Assembly (NCBI GenBank): GCA_030390025.1
Contig: CM059432.1
Location: 21,888,001 to 21,952,000, forward strand
DNA from: Squalus acanthias
Lineage: Eukaryota
Length of the DNA stretch: 64,000 nucleotides
Direction: 5' to 3'
Part shown: positions 58,931 through 64,000 of the stretch, one piece after another
Layout: every line of letters begins with the position of its first letter
Numbering within the stretch: position 1 is the stretch's first letter
The notes under the pieces: model-generated
What the model saw: only the letters and a program-made list of their open reading frames with translations
Told to the model about the DNA's origin: nothing
Database searches by the model: none
Translations under genes and position numbers: made by a program

Positions 58931-61528
58931 TATAATCTCTGAATCGCACAGTAGCAACATCATTAGAGGCCTATTATATAAAGATACAGTAGTTATTGGT
59001 ATTGATGCGCACTGGTTAGACAGAAATCAATTCAGTTAATATCGAACTTCTTGAGCAGAAAAAATTAGTTCTATCTGTCATGTGTAGAGTTGAGTATAAG
59101 ACTTAGCTCATTGTGTAGAACTCTGGGTACAATTGAATGTAATTTAGAATGTATGTCTTCGCTTGCAGGTAGAAGAATAATGATGCCCTTGAAGAGCCCT
59201 ATGATTAAACCTGTAAATTTTCAACCACAAAGTAAAGTGGATGTGCTATCAACTCCCAGCGGCTCCATGGTTTCAAGGCGTCATACACAAAGAAATGAAC
59301 TGGGACCACTCAGAGCTGACGTTACGTCTTTCTACAAAATCCCCTGCCAGTTATTTTATAGCCTCATCAAGTATTTTTATTCATGGAGAATTCAAGAATG
59401 CAAATGCCGTTTGACTGCTTGTCTTCTGCTTTATTGGTTCTGGGCAACAATTAGTGATCCTTAAAGTTATCCAAGGGACATAAAATAGCTTTATTAAAAC
59501 TGATGGAACCAGAAACTGCTGGCCTGCAATGTTTATTTAATACAAATGTTTCAACATTTTTTTTCACCGTACAGCCATCAATATAAAAAGATTCAAGAAT
59601 TAGTATTTTAATTCTAAATGAACTGCAAAGCTAGGTAGCAGCACAGCTCAAACAGATCTTTTTTAGACTCGAATTTCATAAATAATATATTTGAAACATT
59701 GGGGGGAGGTTTTCAGGGGGTCAGCGTTTGGTGGCGGGTCAGTGGGATTTTTTTTTTGACAGCGGGTCAGGAACCTGCTGTCAATCCGCCACCATGAGAC
59801 TTTCCCAGATGTCAGGTCTGTCAACGCTGAACAGACCTGACACGCAGCAGCGGGGGAGGCAATTTAAGTCATTATGAACTTGTTAAGAGCCACTTAAAAA
59901 GTATTTTGAGCTCAGCTTTAAATTTTACGAGGTCGCCCACAGCGTCCCTGCTGCTCGGGGATCACATCAGGAAAGGAGGTCGGGAGTTGTGTTACCATGA
60001 AATCATCTCTTTACTTGACAGCTGCAAATGTGCTATAAAAGCTCCCATCTCACAGCTGTTCACTTTCCAAGCTCAGAAGCTGTTGCTTATTGCATTTGGA
60101 AGACAGATTGAGCTTTATTCAAGTTGCATGTGTTTGGAGTAAACACTCTATCCAGTGTCACCTTATTGGAACAACCTCTCTCACCATTGACAGATCGCTT
60201 CTGTCATCTCAACTTCACCTGCCATCTATTACATCAGCAACGGTGCCCTTGAAACTATCTCGCCTTGGTCCTCAGAATCACACCACGATCAGCAGCACCA
60301 GGCACACCAACAGCAGCAACAACAACACCAACCTTCTCCGCAATCACCTGATGCTGCACAGGACACAGGGCATCAGCACCTAACCGCATTGCTGTCCGGG
60401 AGGCCAGGGATGGCCTCACCATGGCCAGATTTACTTCACTTGACGCTGTACACCCTGGCTGCCACTAGATGTGCCAGGTTGGCACCACCCCACACCAACA
60501 CCATAAAGCATCCCTACAATGCCCAAGCCATTCTTTTCACACTCATCACCATTACAAGGGGTACTGTTATGTCTCACCATACACTGCAACTCACTAAGCC
60601 ACTTCCAAAGGTGCACAGCAATCTGTCCAAGAACGCAAAGTGCTGAAAATAAAGGTTTCAATGTTTGACAGCACAATAACAGAAACTTCACTTGAGCATT
60701 GCATAAAACACCCAAGTGCCGACCCTTGTGTGTTGTTAGTTGGTATGATTGCACTAGGATGAGGATGAGTTTGAGGGGTGGCTAGTGAGATGGGGAAGTG
60801 ATAATGTAGATAGAGAGGGATGGGTGGAGGTGCAAGGTAAGTTGGTGTAAGTAAGGATGTGCAGGAGTAGGGTAGGGAAGGCAGAGTGATGTGGATGTGA
60901 TGAGTGGCACAGCAGGATGAGGTTGAGTGTGGCTTTGCAGTAACGTTTTGTGATCTACTGAGATCAGAGAAACGTTTGCGCCACTGCAGCCTGGTCCTCC
61001 TGACAACATCCCTGCTTGTGCCCTCCTGTGCAATGTGCAACCAGGCTGCGTTGCTTTCCTGGGGCGGTCTCTTCTGCCCATTGGAAGGGAAGAGAACCTC
61101 CCTGCGTGCTGTGGCTCCCTCCATAAGCATATGGAGGGAGTCATGGGAGCGCCTGGGTGCAGTTGTGCAGCTTTGTGCAGTGCTTGTCAGTGTTTGCAGC
61201 ACCTCAATGCTGTAGAACACTGACAGCACAGGGAGAAATTCGGTATCGCCCCGTTTGGGGCGCTAATGATTCTGAGCTTCCCCTAAATTGGCTGTTAGCG
61301 CTCCAGGAGAGAACTGAAACGCTAAATCAAGCACTAATGACCTAAGGAGGGTGCTACAGGGGCGCTGCCAGCAGCGCGATAATGAATTGCAGGTGCTATG
61401 CAATCGGGAATGATCCTTCACACTGGCTCCTTCCAGCTCTTAAAGGGGAGATTACATCATTGTGCAGATCCTCATTATCAGCATTTCTGGCTGTGAAGGC
61501 AACCTGCTAACAACTCAATCCCCTGATC

Positions 61529-63365
61529 GTGTTGGCTGATCCCACTCCCAGGGAGAGAGCTCGTGGTTTCATGGGTGAGACATTGGCCGCGGGAGTGGAG
61601 CGATGGAGGGCAGTGCTGTTTCCGGACACTGGAAGGAGGCCATTGCCCCAGGTCTTCAGGGCAATGTGGAGGGAAGTGGCCCAGGGGGTCTCGGCCAATA
61701 GTGTAGGTGAACGCAGCCTGACACAGCGCCACAAGAAATTCAACGACCTGACTCGGGTGGTCAAGGTGAGTACATGCTTCAACAGGTCTACATACCAGCA
61801 TCTAAACCTCAGTCTGTACACACTGCACAAACCACCACACCCCCACCACTCACCCACCAAGCATCTGCACCTACTCAAACTCACATCCACATCTCACGCC
61901 TTGCCTACATTCACAGCTATTCAACTACGGCAGGCATATCTCCCAAACACATAGCTGGACTCTGACTGAAACACATTTGTTTCTCTTGCAGGCCAAGATG
62001 GCCCACAATAGGAGGGAGCAGCAGAGAACAGGCGGGGATGATGCGCAGCTCCAGCAGCTTTCAGACCTTGAGGAGCGAGTGCTGTGACTCATCGGGTGCC
62101 AGGTGGTGGGCGGCGTGGCCGTCAGCAACGTCGGCCCCTTGGGGTCAACAACGGTATGTTGATCCCCTCTCCTTCTCTCATCCCACTTCCCCCTCACACC
62201 ACAAGCCTTTCCCACTTTCCGGCTCCTGATGCTGTCTGCATTCCTTGTTCCCTTCCTGTCCCCCTGCCCTCACCTTAACGCAAGTCTCGTGCCTTTATGC
62301 ATTCAGAGAATCAGCAACCTGATGACCAGTCTGTCCATGAGCCTCCCACTGAGAGTGAAGAAGGAGAAGAGGAGGAGGAGCAACGCACCGCGTCACTGCA
62401 TCTCTCACCCGCAGGCACCACCTCAGATACTGACACTATGCAATCTTTAGAGGCAACTTTAGTAGAGGGGTCTGCACTGGGTGAGGCACCAGGGAGGAGC
62501 AGGCTGCAGCAAGGACGGAGGGGAAGGGTAGCTCGGGAGCCAGCTCCCTGGAGGGCGAGTTCTGCTGCACAGGACTCAGTTGAAGACCTCGATGGGGAGG
62601 CGTTCACAAGAAGGGTGATAGGCATGCACTCCGAGATGATAGGTGCAATGGCAAGGGTGCCTGAGAGCCTCTTGGCAATGGTAAGGAGCATGGAGGAGTC
62701 CGCCTCCAACATTGCACAGAGCTCTGCGCACACCATGGAGCCCATCATTTCCACTCTGCAGAGGATGGTAGACTCCCAGAGAGACCATGCGGATCCAGAT
62801 CTCATGGGCGATGTGGCAGCTTCCATTGCAGCACAGGCGGAAGTGATGCAATGTCTCATCAGTGCTGCCATGCAGTCAATGGTTGGTGGCATCAAATCTC
62901 AGACTGCTCTCATGCAGATGTCACACAAGCTCTGACTGTTGCCATCATCGCTGGGTCCACCACAGCCCACCGGGGATCTGACGGTGTCGCAGCAGGCCAG
63001 CAATCTGTGCTCCAGCAGATTGGTAGGGATGCTGAGGTGCTGCCCCGGGGGAGTGGGAGTGGGTTAGTGGAGCAGGAACCTGCTGTCCACTCTCAGGATG
63101 ACAGCATTCCTGATCCCATCACTGCCACTCCGCCATTGCACTTGTTGCTGCCTGTCATCCAGCCAGCCCAGACTGCTGCTGCCCTTCCTGAGGTGGCGCA
63201 GTGTACAGCCAGGCCTTCTAGAGCTGGTTGAGGGTGTTGTGCAAGGCCATCTGTAGTCTCTGGCACTGACACTCAGCAGCCTTCCACCAGCCCTGCTGCA
63301 GCCACTGGGGAGACACTACGTAGGAGCAATTGATTAGGAAAAGGCACTGTAAAGAGGGGAAGTAA
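61529..63365 (+). pseudogene. Harbinger Myb/SANT-like gene, 3 exons (~61529-61765, 61992-62153, 62307-~63365), disrupted
   Basis: RERARGF...GVERWR.VLFP.TGRRPLP...WREVAQ.VS...KKFNDLTRVVK|gtgagt; ttgcag|AKMAHNRREQQRTGG; exon 3 homologous to 23277-24253. Confidence 0.88.
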
Positions 63366-63552
63366 GGGTTTGCACAAGGGTAATTAGTTAATATTGTTGT
63401 TGTATACATGTGGTTCCAGAATTTGGATACATTTATTATTGGAATGTTGCAGATTTGGGGCTGTGTCTCATCTCAGCTTTGGGGTGTGGTATGGAATCAG
63501 AAATTGATGGAATGATGGGGACGTGCTGAGCAACCGGGAGGTGGCCTCGAAT

Positions 63553-63852
63553 TCATTGCAACCGAAGTCTGATGAGGCGGCCATGAGGAGAAATGCTGCC
63601 GGAATACCCTGGGAGGGTAAAGCCTCCTGTTGAGAGCCCACAAGGCCAATTGAGTGGCGGCCTCCTCCGTCGCTGCTGTTGGCGCTCCTCCTCCTCCTCC
63701 TCCTCGTCTCCCACTTCCTCCTCCTGAGGTGGTGCAGCTATGCATGATGGCCAAGTTATGGAGCATGCAGCAGACGACGACAACAACCGCTTGGCCGAGT
63801 ACTGGAGGGCTCCTCCCGAGCGGTCAAGGCAGCAGAACCGTTGCTTGTGCAC
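63553..63852 (-). pseudogene. Harbinger transposase C-terminal fragment, rearranged
   Basis: KQRFCCLDRSGGALQYS, VVVCCMLHNLAI, acidic tract, RLIRLR. Confidence 0.85.
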
Positions 63853-64000
63853 CCCGGAGGCGCTAACTTGAGGTGCTAAGGTACCAAATTTCTCCCCCTA
63901 AATTTGCGCATGGTCCCTTTAAGGAAACCGGCTGATGACATGTCATCAAATGACGTCATCAGACCCGCTTCCTTCAATTGGCCGGGAAACGCGCTTGGCG

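Larger units (their letters stand above)
61231..63898. mobile_element. Harbinger element with Myb gene and only the 3' end of the transposase
   Basis: TIRs GGGAGAAATTCGGTA / TACCAAATTTCTCCC; left end similar to 22078-22150. Confidence 0.87.
59701..64000. mobile_element. Non-autonomous Harbinger (deleted transposase +, Myb exon 1 -), interrupted at 61231-63898; runs off window
   Basis: G-rich terminus at 59701; Q-rich/ARF remnant at 60240-60443; minus-strand APR..HDSL.ML.EG..ARREVLFP..GQKRPP...AAWL.IAQE...QWRKRFSDL at 60944-61190. Confidence 0.75.

Noticed and set aside
62311..62895. 194-aa minus-strand ORF
   Set aside because: Antisense shadow of Myb exon 3.

Overview
Eukaryotic, repeat-dominated DNA, most likely from a cartilaginous fish (shark). 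This is inferred from the mix of Deu-domain SINEs, CR1/L2 LINEs, Penelope-like elements and PIF/Harbinger transposons. I see no host protein-coding exon, so the window looks intergenic or intronic. The dominant feature is a dense, nested population of PIF/Harbinger DNA transposons. It includes one near-intact two-gene element (22078-26236) with a 3-exon Myb/SANT gene convergent on a DDE transposase that keeps all catalytic motifs, and degraded two-gene copies. It also includes a non-autonomous family that kept the whole Myb gene but shares one ~1 kb deletion of the transposase core (13313-16541, 41956-47089), and several MITEs. Also present are four Penelope-like insertions, each with a 12-bp TSD and some with minimal hammerhead ribozyme motifs; two complete solo LTRs with 4-bp TSDs plus one partial LTR; a young CR1 with an open ORF2; a tRNA-Gly/SINE chimera; and a 2.2-kb 30-bp minisatellite. 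All calls were made by eye without database searches. Boundaries lacking a TSD or TIR are approximate.
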